A stretch of 50,968 nucleotides of DNA, counting the filler, from Catajapyx aquilonaris (taxonomy: Eukaryota): assembly GCA_000934665.2 (NCBI GenBank). It is 2 parts of 2 records of this genome, joined end to end, with 100 filler letters (N's around TTAATTAATTAA, not from the genome) between each part and the next. Parts side by side here need not be neighbours in the genome. Positions count along the whole stretch, not along the records: positions 1 to 25,392 come from JYFJ02005371.1; positions 25,493 to 50,968 come from JYFJ02005372.1. One strand, written 5' to 3'. Below, in pieces: positions 22,906 to 35,196 of the stretch. The notes below the pieces were generated by a model. It saw nothing but the letters and a program-made list of their open reading frames with translations. It was not told where the DNA came from and searched no databases. The position numbers and the translations under genes are program-made. Position 1 is the first letter of the stretch. The number at the start of each line of letters is the position of its first letter.

Positions 22906-24531
22906 GGAACTAAGTTTAATAAGTGTGGGGGTTTCGATTGTGCTAAAAACTGCGTGAATAGAGACGTGAAACTAAACTGGGTTTTGCAGGCGGAAGCGAT
23001 CTTCCAGGGACTACCATTCGATATAAGAAACCCAACGTCGAATGACCTTAACACCTCACTGGCCCAGTTGGGGGCTTTAACCATAACTAAAAATTTAAAT
23101 GAAAATTTTTGCCCCATCCAATTTCCTTATCGGGCCTTTCAAAATTGAACTAATTGCAAATTTAACAATTTCCCATTTTCACATCTCATAAAATCAGAAA
23201 AAAGTGAGTTGCACTTTTGCGTCTGATTTTATTAGTTACGATTTGCATTAAAATTTGTTTGCTTTCAGCCACAAAATTGGCAATCGATACTGAAACACAA
23301 TTTGCCATCACCTTTTATGACTATCAATTAATTTAATCCCAAGGCTGCCTCCGCCACCCATACCAATCATGTAAATGCACCGTAAAAAGCTGCAGCAACA
23401 AGTGAGAACAAACCGTGTAAAGCCTGTTTCACAAGAAAAAAAACCACAAAATTTTGACACGCGATGTTGTCTGTCGCTACGGGAAACCGCCCCAATGTAG
23501 GATTCGGGTGGCCTGAAATCCTGGCATTTTGTCACATGGCAACTGCCAAAGGGAAGAGAGACCATGGAGTCACGCGACTGACTTCTCGGCAGACATCTCC
23601 ATTTTCCCCTCGTTCCCTGCCATCCGCACTGTCCATCACGTGTCCGCTCCCCATTGCTTTATTCCCACCCGCCCTGTGTCCCGTACTTTGCCCCGCCCAC
23701 ATCCCTGTTGCACCATCCACTCCATATCCTCTCTCCGCAGCTCGTCCCGCTCAACCCTGCCTGCCTCGTCGGCTGTGCCTGCTCTATCTGCACCTTATTT
23801 TTCAGTGCCACTGTGCCCTTGCCCACCAGTTCGACCATGTCCTTGCGAAATGCACTTGTGCGACAGGGTTTTTTTTCGGTGGATTGCACCCCGTTTTCCT
23901 CTGTGGCAATCCGCCACCTATTGCTTGGTATTTCACAGCTCGCGTACAATCGATAACCATTATTTGGTGAATCAGGCTTAAAGGTCTAAACTCATATCTA
24001 CTTCAAACTTCTATCCCCAAGTCCAACTTTTGCGCTTGAAAGCAACAAATGCGTGCAATAATACGCCATTGATGCTGGTAGCCCTATTGTTTATTCTCAC
24101 CCCGCGCAACTGTTGGCAGCCTGTGCTTGCGGCTTTGATCCGCCCCAGGTAGATCGTACGCACAAGCACATTCCGCAGCGCACGTTCGGAATCACCCTAG
24201 CGATTGTGGCTGATGAATGCATGCTCTATTCAAGCCATGCACGCAGGTCCAATCCAGCGGACTTTGGGCACAAAGCAGGTGGGGCGCCTGCGCTAAAACT
24301 GCTATCAGAATGTGCGTCCTTGGAGCCCGGTTTCTACAGCCCATCCCGCCACCCACTTCCTGCCTGCTTCCCATCAGCTGAATCTGACTAAACACCCCTT
24401 GATCCTATCATTGCAGCCATGCCGCACTAACTGCTCATGAAGTGAGCCAATGAGTGTGGCAGAGTGTCGCTTGCTCATAAGTTGTTGATTAAAATTAATT
24501 TGAAACTTCTTACAACGCTCTGAAATCTCAC

Positions 24532-24985
24532 CTGTTCTGGGGGCAGCGGAGATGGGGGCCGGCCCGTGGCGTGGGCTGGGTCGGTCTGGCGTCACCAGGC
24601 CGGTGAAGCTCTTCCGCACCGCCCTCCTCCCTGCTTCGTGCTGGGGCCTGCCCAGGGGCGGCGTCCCCCTGCTCGTCCCCCGGTGTACTGCGTACGGGCT
24701 GTGCCCACGGGCGTGCCCCGGGCAGGAGAGAGACACGACATGCGCATCTTCCTTCCTGTTCGATCCGAAGGGGAATGAAAGACTAGAAAGAGGGTGGGTG
24801 GTGGGAGGGAGGGAAAGGAAGGCGTCGATTAATCGATACTGTATGTCCAAGTATCGATACGCGCATCGGGGCCATAAGAAGCCATGGTGGAAACACGATG
24901 TATCGCATCCCCATCGATGTATCGGACAGGAGCGTCGCATGGTGGACGGGTTTGGTCGCTCCGATACTATGGACGCCATCTTTGG
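24532..24985 (-). promoter_or_regulatory. Candidate promoter/first exon (CpG island)
   Basis: YY1-type AAGATGGCG (24974-24982, minus strand), DRE-type TATCGATA (24852-24859), a GC/CpG-rich block at 24540-24760, and a strong donor CAG|GTGAGA at 24532/24531. Confidence 0.35.
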
Positions 24986-25392
24986 TCCAATATTTCACCT
25001 CTACACTGTCATCAAGGGTGCTATTATTTACTGTACATTCTCAGTTCTCACTATCACTCTATGACTGATTGTAGGAGCAAGAAGTGTGCAAGTACGATCC
25101 TGTACGTACAAATGGTGGCAACTGCAAGCTACCCATGCTGAAGAAAATAAATAGTGCACCCAATGGGAGACACATTAGCTAGTAATGTTGCAAGCTCAAA
25201 GCTAAATACTGGTAATGGTGAAGTAACTGAAGAGTATGTCTTAACTGTCAGAATCCCAATGATAAACAACTCACCAAATAGAGTGACATTAATTCAACTG
25301 GAGAGCAATCATTCATTGTTCTGTAACTGCTGCTTGAATTATGCTGATTAAAAAATACTTCACCGCCGCCAGGTGAAAAATACTGACAAAAA

Positions 25393-25492
25393 NNNNNNNN
25401 NNNNNNNNNNNNNNNNNNNNNNNNNNNNNNNNNNNNTTAATTAATTAANNNNNNNNNNNNNNNNNNNNNNNNNNNNNNNNNNNNNNNNNNNN
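25393..25492. other. Artificial contig-joining linker
   Basis: Exactly 44 N, TTAATTAATTAA (stops in all six frames), then 44 N, totalling 100 nt. Confidence 0.95.
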
Positions 25493-25703
25493 ATTCATGA
25501 CAGCACAGTGCTTCAATTTCTTGAAATTCATCCTTGCCCACATCTGCCTAGCTTTGCAACACCCCTGCTCATTCATTTCTGAGCGGATCGAGTTCAAACT
25601 TGCACACTTGTACAAGAAGGGTTGAAAGTACCTCTAATTAAAAAATTATGCCGCTAAGCCATGTCCTTCATACCTAGGTAGATAACTTTTTGACCCTCCC
25701 TCG
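25493..25703. mobile_element. mariner-type element end, truncated by the gap
   Basis: Ends ...ataactttttgaccctccctcg|TA. The reverse complement TA|CGAGGGAGGGTCAAAAAGTTAT is a typical mariner TIR. Confidence 0.65.
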
Positions 25704-25829
25704 TACATAGCTTCAACAATTATCTTTACGATACCGTACATGTTACTAGACCAAAAATTGCGATCCGGATTGTCCCATTGAGTGTGACATGCAATGGGGG
25801 TGTACTCCGGACACAACAAAACCTGGTGT

Positions 25830-26100
25830 GCTGTTTCGTTGTCGACGCCTGGCGCCGCGGAAGCTCAACATGCGACGGCGCCTCGGTCGGCCTTTTCCTT
25901 TTTTTTTCTTTTTTTTTCTTTTTTTCACTACCAACTCTCCGCCCCCGCCCCCCTTCTTCCGGGGGCTGGCTTGGAAAGGGCGTCCCGACGCTCTGGTTCA
26001 GACAGTGCCAGTTGGGCTCCGGGACGCCCAGGAACGAGGCCTCTCCTCTCTGTGCTGGGGCTCTGATGGGAATAATTGTGCTGCCCGGAAGTGGACTCCA
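25830..26100. promoter_or_regulatory. CpG-rich promoter/enhancer-like island
   Basis: Tandem GC boxes CCGCCCCCGCCCC (25939-25951), ETS site CCGGAAGT (26085-26092) and a flanking poly-T tract. Confidence 0.35.
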
Positions 26101-26957
26101 CAACAATCAGTGAGAGAAAACAATTGTTGCGGAGAGGGAAAGAAAAAAAAAAAGAAATGTGATTTTTTTTTTCCTCCAGGATAAGCACAACAGTTGGGGG
26201 ACACGTGGACCAATATGGAACCGGACAGGTAAATTGTCCAGTACATATTTTTGAAAAAAAATAATGGCGCGAGTTGAGTTTTCGTTGACCTTTCGAGATT
26301 CAAAATGTGCTAATTACCACACGGGAGTGGATAACGATCAAAGTGTCCGTGACATTGTGATGGCCTGTATTTGTAGGTATATACTGATTAGTGCTATCAA
26401 TTACGGCGCCTTATCAACCTGAGGGTGTCAACTTTACCTGCAAGTCAAATGAGCCGCACGATCATAGTTTGGAGAAATGTTTCACGACATGCACGGAATT
26501 ATTCGCACAAAATATTTATCAAAAACAACCCCTATAATCGCATTTACTCCTGCAGTACGCTAATTACGATCGTAATAGTGAGAGTGAATATTTGAATGGC
26601 ACATGCTTTTTTTAAACTACAAATTGACCTGTTTGTATATTATAGCGCAACGAATCGTGACTGTGAGTTTGACTTGATATAGCTGTACGCTGTGTACAGT
26701 ATAAAGCCAATTGCTCGGAACTCGGGAATGGACGACTCTATTATAGGGAGACAAAAATAGGAAGAAAAAAAAAACATGACATGCTTCGGTCGCTTCTTCC
26801 TCCTTGACAATTTTGACATCTGTCATAATACAGAACGTTCTTACTTTGAATGTAATCAATTGGGCCCAACATGTACGCTACGAGATGATTTGTAATGTCA
26901 AAAAAAAATGTTTATCGTGGCGTAACCATCAGTATACTGTCTTTGTGAAGATACTAT

Positions 26958-27019
26958 AATTCTTACAAAGGAAAGGTGTTAATAATAATAATTATTAACA
27001 CCTTTCCTTTGTAAGAATT
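26958..27019. repeat. Perfect palindrome, 29-bp arms, 4-nt loop
   Basis: aattcttacaaaggaaaggtgttaataat-aata-attattaacacctttcctttgtaagaatt. Confidence 0.95.
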
Positions 27020-29169
27020 TACAGTAGGATCAGTTTAAAAATTTAAAAAAATAATGCAACGTTTTTTCAGGCATATCTTGATCAGCATAAAATATGCCCA
27101 ATAATGTGATGGACAATCAGCAGCTCTAAATCGCTATGATTGGCACATTCGAGACTTCAAAAGCCCGTGGACGAATTGACGACAATAAAATTACCTCCCC
27201 CTCTTATTTGTTGGAGAATAAAGGGCTTTAAAACCACTCTCTGCAGGGTCGACTCCCTACCCAAAAAAACTATCATTTTTTTTCCATCCATATAACCATT
27301 AATTACATTGGCATTCGACGTGCACCTCCCTCAGTATAATGAAAGTCACCTCTCCGCACTTTGCATGTCCGTATAATGAGATCTCCCTCGGATGCTTTTT
27401 GCTCACCACCTATCACCTACCCTATGCAAATATCCCCAGCACTCCGTTTTGCAGCGTTGCATGTGTAAGGAGATGCAAAATCACGGGTGGGTACCTTCGA
27501 GTCTATATTGGGTTCCGATAACCTCTGGAGGGAGGTTCCAAAATTTTGAACCGCGTGCTCCTTATTTTTAAAGGAAGGAAAAAAAAAAGTATTTTCCTCG
27601 CCCGAGAGCGCGACTTTATGGCAGAATCAGTAAATGAGGTTAAAGCCGTGCAGGTTTCCGCATTATGGGGGCTACGGTATTATGTAGAAGACACCGATGG
27701 AGTTTGGGTCACGGAAAAGTTTGTCAATAAAACGGAACAGGACGTTTATTATGGAGTAGCTTGGCCGGGCAGAGGCCTCCTTAAATAATGCACAGAATAA
27801 CAACCCGTTTTAGTCCTGTGACCTTAGGCAACCATGGCTCTCTTTTTTTTACGGTTCATTCATACAAACCAATATATTGTGGTCTAGAAAAATATTGGAC
27901 TTGAATATCATACGTGCCCCCCAAACTGTACTTGAAAGGATTTTTTTAGTGGAGGTGTTTCCTCGAAGTGCAGGTCCGGCTGGGTGTGTTTGCACATCCT
28001 CTCAAAATGTGGAGGACTTCCAGACCTGCTCTTTGAGGTTTTGCGTTCCACCTACATCATATTATCTTGCCTGGTGTTTTCACACACAACTCCAACAACT
28101 AAAAGATCACGCACAGAATACCCTGCATAACTTGACCATCGACGATGATATACTGATTACGTGGGGTTATATTATTTGTACTGAAAAAATTATGAGCAAT
28201 TTAATAATATTGTTGACAGGTACTGTCAGAAAGATAAATAAGTCATTTATGTCACTTGTTCAGAAGCCACTAATTTTTTTCATGCTATACTATACATTAC
28301 TTTACAACTACTGGCATTAAAAAAGATAATCACGTACGTTGCTTCGTCAACAGTTACTCTACTTGATTGTACAGTAGCGGCTGCTTGCATTGTTTTCACA
28401 AAGAACATTATACATGTTAATGCGAATTCAATACGACTCTTGTTGTACAGGAACCTGCTGTTCTGCCAAACTGAAAATTGAGTTATGTGCCCAGTAACTT
28501 CAACGAAACTGTAGCAAAATTGCAGATGTAAATTGGGATTACTGGAAAAAAAATAGGAGGAACCTTGTGGGAATTTATGCCCTTGGCGGTGCTTGTTCAA
28601 TGTAAATGAGACCTTCCTATATATGCCTAGGAAGATGGCCGGCGATTGGCTACCTTCTTCGCAGGAGATTTATCATTGCTTCGTTCAGCAGAGGAAAGGA
28701 GTGCAAGTCGGTTGTAAATCTGTCAGGTTACAAGACGCGCTTTCGATGCCTTTCGTCTCATGGACGAAGACAAATCCTCTTCTGAACAAAACTTGAAGGA
28801 GCGAGTTCGCCAGTGTGCACACACACACACACACAAAAAGATTTTTCCCAGCACCAATTAATCACACGTCTCTTTTTCGAAGAATCCGTACTTCCGACTT
28901 TGATTTGTTGCTGCCAAGTTGTGTGTATGTGTGTAGGTAGACTTGCTCTTCTCCAAGCTTCTTTTGGAAAGCCTTGGCCGTGACCCAATCTTACTTGACG
29001 AGTCTCATCTGGCTCCATCTCTGTTGAAACACTTCTTATCAACAATCAGCCGATTATCATCAACATAATTATAGGTAGAATCAGCTAAGCGTGACTTTGT
29101 CCCTTGACCTAACTCATCACCTATGTGCATGTAGTTGATATATTTACCACATGGAGTAGTGAGTTCCAT

Positions 29170-29234
29170 CTACCCATTGGACGTAGGATGATATGTCGCA
29201 AGTTGCGACATATCATCCTACGTCCAATGGGTAG
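29170..29234. repeat. Perfect palindrome, 32-bp arms, 1-nt spacer
   Basis: ctacccattggacgtaggatgatatgtcgcaa-g-ttgcgacatatcatcctacgtccaatgggtag. Confidence 0.95.
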
Positions 29235-31388
29235 GGTTGCCAAATTTTGGCAAGTTTTGGTTACAAGTCTTGTGCATGTTGTATGGCTGTAAAAACCTGT
29301 TGAGCCACAGCAATTGAAGATGCTAGTTGACCATAAACAATTTTTTCAAACTTTTATACCACTGGTGACTTAGTTGATGATACAGTATTTTAGAGAATGT
29401 TGTGACATCGCTTCCCTTTTCTTTTATTGACCAGCTTTTAAGGGGAAAAAAATCCAGGAATCCGTCGCATTACTGCTGCCGACCCATTAAAATGCAGTCG
29501 TCTGCAGTATACCGGGGGGGCTAACCTGGTTTCCAAATTTAACGTTAGAAGCACGGACAAAATGGGGTATCCCGCAGTCAGGAACGAACGGTGTAAATAA
29601 CTTATCCTCGATTCCATTTGCATGCAACTGTTGAGTGGCAGGAGAGTGTGAGCCAAAATGCCAAATGCATATCGCCTGCTTCACTATTTGCCACGCACTC
29701 AAAAAAAAAAGTACTAATCTCAACTTTTTTTCGGTCATTTACAAACTGCTTCCGGTTCTTAGTTATCAAACTTTTTTTTGGGTGCCAACTGAGATTAAAA
29801 TGTGTGTTGCGGCGTTTTTTTTTATTATTAGTTGATGCGATTACACCTGGTGCAAGTGCGGTATTTCCCAAAGGAATTGATGGGGGGATATAAATCCGGG
29901 TTGCTTTCGTGTCCAACCTAACTGGAAACAAGGCTCGAGGATTGTGCCCGGATTTTATGGAAGGAATTTTCGGGATTTGGAAACAACCGTCCTGGAGTCT
30001 CCAGGTTCGTCCTTTTTTTTCTTTTTTGACGTATCAGCGAATATCTGGTGTGCTTTGGAATTAATCGAGAGGAATGGCAGCCGCCGCGTTTCATCTTCAC
30101 AAAGGATTAATACTGTCGGGCGTTTCCTTTACAAACTCTTAAAGAGAGCCTCGCCTTTCTTGCATCTCCGACTGCATTTCCTCGGAATGAAATTATTTAT
30201 GGAAGCCGACCGACCTCTCCTTCTGCATCCAAAATGAATCAAAAACTATTAAGAAACACTGCGCCTCGGTTTGCAAAAAAAAATAATGTAACCTCCGAAA
30301 CAATCCGCCCGTAAAATTCGCGAAAAACTTTTTCCCCCTCATCTTTGTTCTGAAATTGTAATTTAAAAAAATGAGGGATGCAAATGGAAAAGTTCGTACA
30401 AGAAAGTTCGTAAAATCATGTACACATGAATTTCAAGCAAAATATGTTCTTTTTTTCGTTATTTAACACGTGATTTTCGTACATTTTTGCGAAATTTCTT
30501 GGGGTGAACGACTCCAGGTCGTACTTTCAATTTTCTTATGTCATCCTCGTACGCAGCAGTGTACACACACAGCCGAGGCTTGCCTGAGATTCGATTTCTG
30601 AACTTTTTTTTCTTCCTCCGCAACAAAGTCTGATCACATCCCTTTTGTTTCCTTCCTTCCTTTTCCTTCTTCTCTAGATTTTTTTTTGTTTAGGAGCGAC
30701 ACAGCAGCGTCGCCCCGGTGACATTATGAAAACGCGATTGCAGGCAGGGTTTGGATGGTTTCCCGACTGTGGTCACTTGGTCGGGGGAGGAATTAATCAA
30801 GCGCTTAGCTAATGGGATAGGATGCGAGAGAACTCTCGTACAGAGTGAATAAGGGGGCAGGACTCGGCGTATATTTGCGAGGCAGACCTCCTGCTTAGCA
30901 TAATGAGGAGTTTAGAGTGAGAGAGACAGATAGAGAATGATGGTTTTTCCACACACACACAAAAAAAAGAAGAGGAAGGAAGACACTCCCTTTTGAGATG
31001 CACCGAGCAATGTAATAAACAACCGTAGCATCTGATTATATCTACGGTGCTGTTATAATTATTATTATTATGGCTGCCTTCATGAGTGGTGAAGCTCACT
31101 TCTGCCTCGGAGGTTCGTTGCTGCGCAAGTAGCAAAGTGCTGGGAGTAAACAGGCTGGAGCAACTAGGCTCTGCTAAGGTCTATAAGCAACTGCCTGGCT
31201 CCTGGAAATTTGCGAATGAATTGAGGTTTAAATTGCTGTGCGAATATGAAAAGGCTGTTCAGGTGCACCCGGTTTGCATTCGATGTAAGGTAAAAACGGA
31301 CGGAAATATTGCTCTCAAAATAATCCCACACTATACTGTATGTACTACATGTACCGCACTGTTTAGGTAATAGTTTTTATGATAATAA

Positions 31389-31598
31389 CTAGGATATTTG
31401 ATAAATGAAAGAAGTTTGTAAAATGGACGCAAATGAATACCAAACCTCGTAAAAATAATCCTACATTTTGGGCATTTCGACTCAAAAAGTGACGTTTTAG
31501 GACTTTTTCCTGAATCAGTGTGCCAACTTTCAGCACTCTCAGTAGTCCGGAAGTTGGTTAAATAGCTGTGACAAATTTTCTGCTATATATGTGTAAGA
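31389..31598 (-). mobile_element. Non-autonomous Helitron-like element
   Basis: The minus strand starts A|TC and ends CTAG|T. About 31494-31598 is similar to about 34723-34845. The 3' hairpin is not evident. Confidence 0.5.
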
Positions 31599-34500
31599 TT
31601 CTGCCCATTGTTGATGTCATCAGTTGATCACGTCACTCTGTGCCTAACAGTACCTGATCTAGACAGAGACAAGTTTACTGCTGTCTGCTGTTGGACCACC
31701 TTCTGCAGCAAATGTAATGAAAACAAATAGTGCACTGATGGTTCAAGGCAACTGCAAAGAGAGCAATGCGCACGTTTGCATTAAGATTATTTTGACGTTT
31801 CGCAGTGAGCTGAAGTGTATGGGCAGTACTGAAACGACATGTTTATTTTACCGCTTTTGATCATTGTTATTTTCCGCGTATATCCATCCCACAATGATGT
31901 AAAAAAAAAACCTGTTTCACGAGTCTATCAATATTATGGTTTGATAGATGGACAGGGGACCTGCAGTTGGCCGTTTAAACAGATTGGCAGTGTCATCGAG
32001 CAACGCCTTTGTTTGCGATAGACTATATACGCATTGGAGGTCTCTCTGACTATGGCTATCAACACACACCAATCACTTCACCAGGGGGGGATTGTTTCAT
32101 ACTGATTCCAGTAGACTGTAAAATCAGGCTGGAGTTCTCTTAAGGGAGACTCCTTGTTTGCTTTTCCTCCCAAAGAGCCGCTGGAGAAAAATAAAAATGA
32201 AAAAATAAAAAGGGAGGGAGGCTCCACCAAGTTGGCTGAACTTTTGAGACCCATTGTTTGACTTGAGGCGCCTCTCTTTTTGCCACTTTTCGCAGCCATT
32301 TTCGCCTCGGGGTTAAATTACTATGCCCACAAAATCTGGTTTCGCCCATTCGGTTTAGGGAGTAAAAAAAAGGTGTGGGTGAGAATTGTCAAGTGGCTTT
32401 GGAAACTTAATATGAATTGCAAAAGGCGCAAAAAAAGAGGTTGTTACTTTGTGTCAGAGCCACAAAAATATTGATGTTGTGTAGTTTTATCACATCTTTA
32501 TCACAGCTTGGACTATACTTCCCTGTGTGTGGAGCTGTTGAGAGTATTTTGATGAACGTGGTTGAAATAATTAAGGTTGATTTCAACGTAAATGCCAGTT
32601 ACCGCTGTGCTTGTTTATGGCAGTATTTTTTTTGAATTTAAAAGACACGCCATTTAAATTTCTTTTTTTTTGCATTTTTCGTGGTGACGCCGCCAGCTTG
32701 ACCTTTTTAATAATGTGAATAACACCTGCAACATTTATGCGTTGTGGTTACGACGCGACGTAACAAGGTTTCCTGACCTCTCGAGGGTTAGTTCTAGTAA
32801 CCTTCAAAGTTTATGTAGTAAATATTTAATATTACGCCAGAGTTTAAAGCTGCAAGGTCATGGACCTACGTGACCTTTCGCTTAAGCCGACTGCAATGTT
32901 ACATTCGACAATTAGTAAGCTGGTTATTACATCAAGTATTAAAAGTGCATCGCAATAGAGTGCATGTCTTATGCACTTAGCATTGGAGAAATGTGTTGGC
33001 GCATCATAGAGCCATGCGCAGCAATTAAATTATGGTAAACCGCCCTATCAGATTTTTTTTTGCCTCGCCGAGCCGAGATTAATGTGCGGTAAATGATTTG
33101 GCGATAGATTTCCAATATTCAGATTTTCTGAGCACATAAACAAGGTGGAATGTAGCCAAAGTTGTTTTCAACGCGAGAAAATCAATGACTCTTTCCCTAT
33201 GGAAAGTACTCCAAGTTTATAATAGCACCTGAAGGATTATTTAAAGGACTTTTTTTTAAGCGCAAAGGAAACTCGACTCCACCAGTAGTTTACTGTGTGA
33301 CATAATGAGCCTAAAATGCGCAGGCCATAAAAATTTATATCAAGCCTCCCCCCCGTTTTTTTCTCCTTTAAAAAAAATTTGCAAACTCCAAACTCTCCTG
33401 CTGCAATGAAACCTTATATTATGCTATCAGAAGTTTCCTCTCACGGAACATATTTCAGAGAAACCTTGAGCCTCGAGTTGTAACGTGCGAAATGTACCGC
33501 CATAGCACGACAGGGGGACAAACTCTCTCATGCAAAGTGATTTTTGCCAGGCCCCCTTTGATTGCGCTGGAAATGGTTAAGTACTCGGAAAATTTATGCC
33601 GGGCTGTGCCATTAGACTCCGCAGCATGGTTATCTGTGCACTTCCATTCATTTCTGAAACCTCTCCCACTTATATTTAGCAAGTTTTCTAAAGCCACATC
33701 CAGAGAGAGAGCCACTCTTCTTACTTGGTGATAAAAGAAAGTGTCTGTTTCTCTGGGCAGTGCGGGTGAAAAGAGCGGTCCTTTTTCTTATAAAATATTG
33801 TCGCTTCCACTTCCAAGGGAAATTACTTTCATATATTTATACTATAGTATGGGTCGTTGGATTAAATGCATGTGCATGAGGGTTTGTCTGAACACATGTT
33901 AACTGAGAGCAACATTTTATGCCCGACAACAATGTGCCCTCTGATTGGTCTGCCGCATATTGTTACCGCCACCTCCCCATTGGCCCGCGTTCTACTCATG
34001 CGCAATGGGGTGTAAACAACTCCTGTTGGGTTGCCGGGGAAACTGTCCATTGCTCGGCGATATGGTGCGCCGTATAGTACCCCAGGCCGTATGCCTAGAA
34101 AAGAGCGAGCGTTTTCCTAGTATAAAATTAAAGTCAGCGATGATGTAGTGTGTCATATAATTTATCACTAAGTTTCCAGAATCCTAGTAAGCTAATTAAT
34201 ACTAAAGTTTGATTCATGTACTGTACGAGCATTGCGCAATCGAAACCTGGTTGGAAAGTTTGGCTGGCTTTTTGCTTGCTTCTGAAGATAGCGAGATGTA
34301 AACAGTCCCCCACACCGAAATGTGAGCAGGCCCTGGCAACGCTTGGGATTGATGGAATTATGATCATCCGAGGCACATTTCGGAGCAGAAAAATAAATAT
34401 TTTGAATTAAGAAAACTCCTGCTTGCAGTTGGAGCCATGTGTCGTATTTCACCGTTTCGTAATACTATATATCTGCGTGGAAAAAGCTCATCTTGACTTT

Positions 34501-34722
34501 TGCTGCTGTCGGGTATGAACAGAGCTGGAAAAAAATATATATATTTCGAGCTCGAGTCTGGAAAATCCCTGTCCGGCAGTATATTTTTTGTGGGCGACAT
34601 TATCGTTGCATATTTCACACATGAAGAGAGCACATCTCAGGAGCTTTTCATACTCTTCTGGACATTTCAAATTAAGACGATCGTCATATATCAGTATCAT
34701 TTAGACTTTAAAAAAAGGTGCA

Positions 34723-34845
34723 GTTTTCGGACTTTTACCTAAATCAGCGACAGTGTGCCAAGTTTCAGTACTCTCAGTAGTCCGAAAGTGGGTTTGGTAG
34801 CCGTGACATACATACCAACAAACCTTCCGATTTATATATGTCAGA
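34723..34845 (-). mobile_element. Second copy (5' part) of the same Helitron-like family
   Basis: cagtgtgccaagtttcagtactctcagtagtccgaaagt...gtgaca matches cagtgtgccaactttcagcactctcagtagtccggaagt...gtgaca near 31516. Confidence 0.55.
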
Positions 34846-34938
34846 CCGACCAGAGTTATTGACAGCTAATAGTATAAATTTCCGTTGTTCCTTATTGAAT
34901 CATCTTTTTTATACATTTTAGGGCTCATATGCTTACTT

Positions 34939-35196
34939 GAGGGGTCTCATATCAAAAGCGACTAAGTCCAAAATAAAAAATAAAAAACGGGTCGTACAAT
35001 GAGCAAAAACTGCTGATTACTTAACTTTCACTCGTACAATTGTGAAACTTTTTGCGTCCATATGTTGCCACGGCTCAGCTACATACGTAAATGTGCAATT
35101 AATACCCAATTACATTAAAATACAGTATTGCTGGACATATTTGTGTTACTACACCCCGCAAAAATGGACTTAGCCGCATTTTATCTGAGACCCCTC
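34939..35196. mobile_element. 258-bp MITE, possibly Sola-type
   Basis: TIRs GAGGGGTCTCATATCAAAAGCGACTAAGTCCA and (rc) GAGGGGTCTCAGATAAAATGCGGCTAAGTCCA, 4 mismatches. Flanks ACTT/ATTT form an imperfect 4-bp TSD. Confidence 0.8.

Noticed and set aside
23464..25064. Long overlapping ORFs (150-201 aa) as protein genes
   Set aside because: They are open on both strands because of high GC and low complexity, and show no domain motifs.
25835..25847. miR-981-like TTCGTTGTCGACG
   Set aside because: Only 13 nt match, the 3' half diverges and there is no precursor stem.
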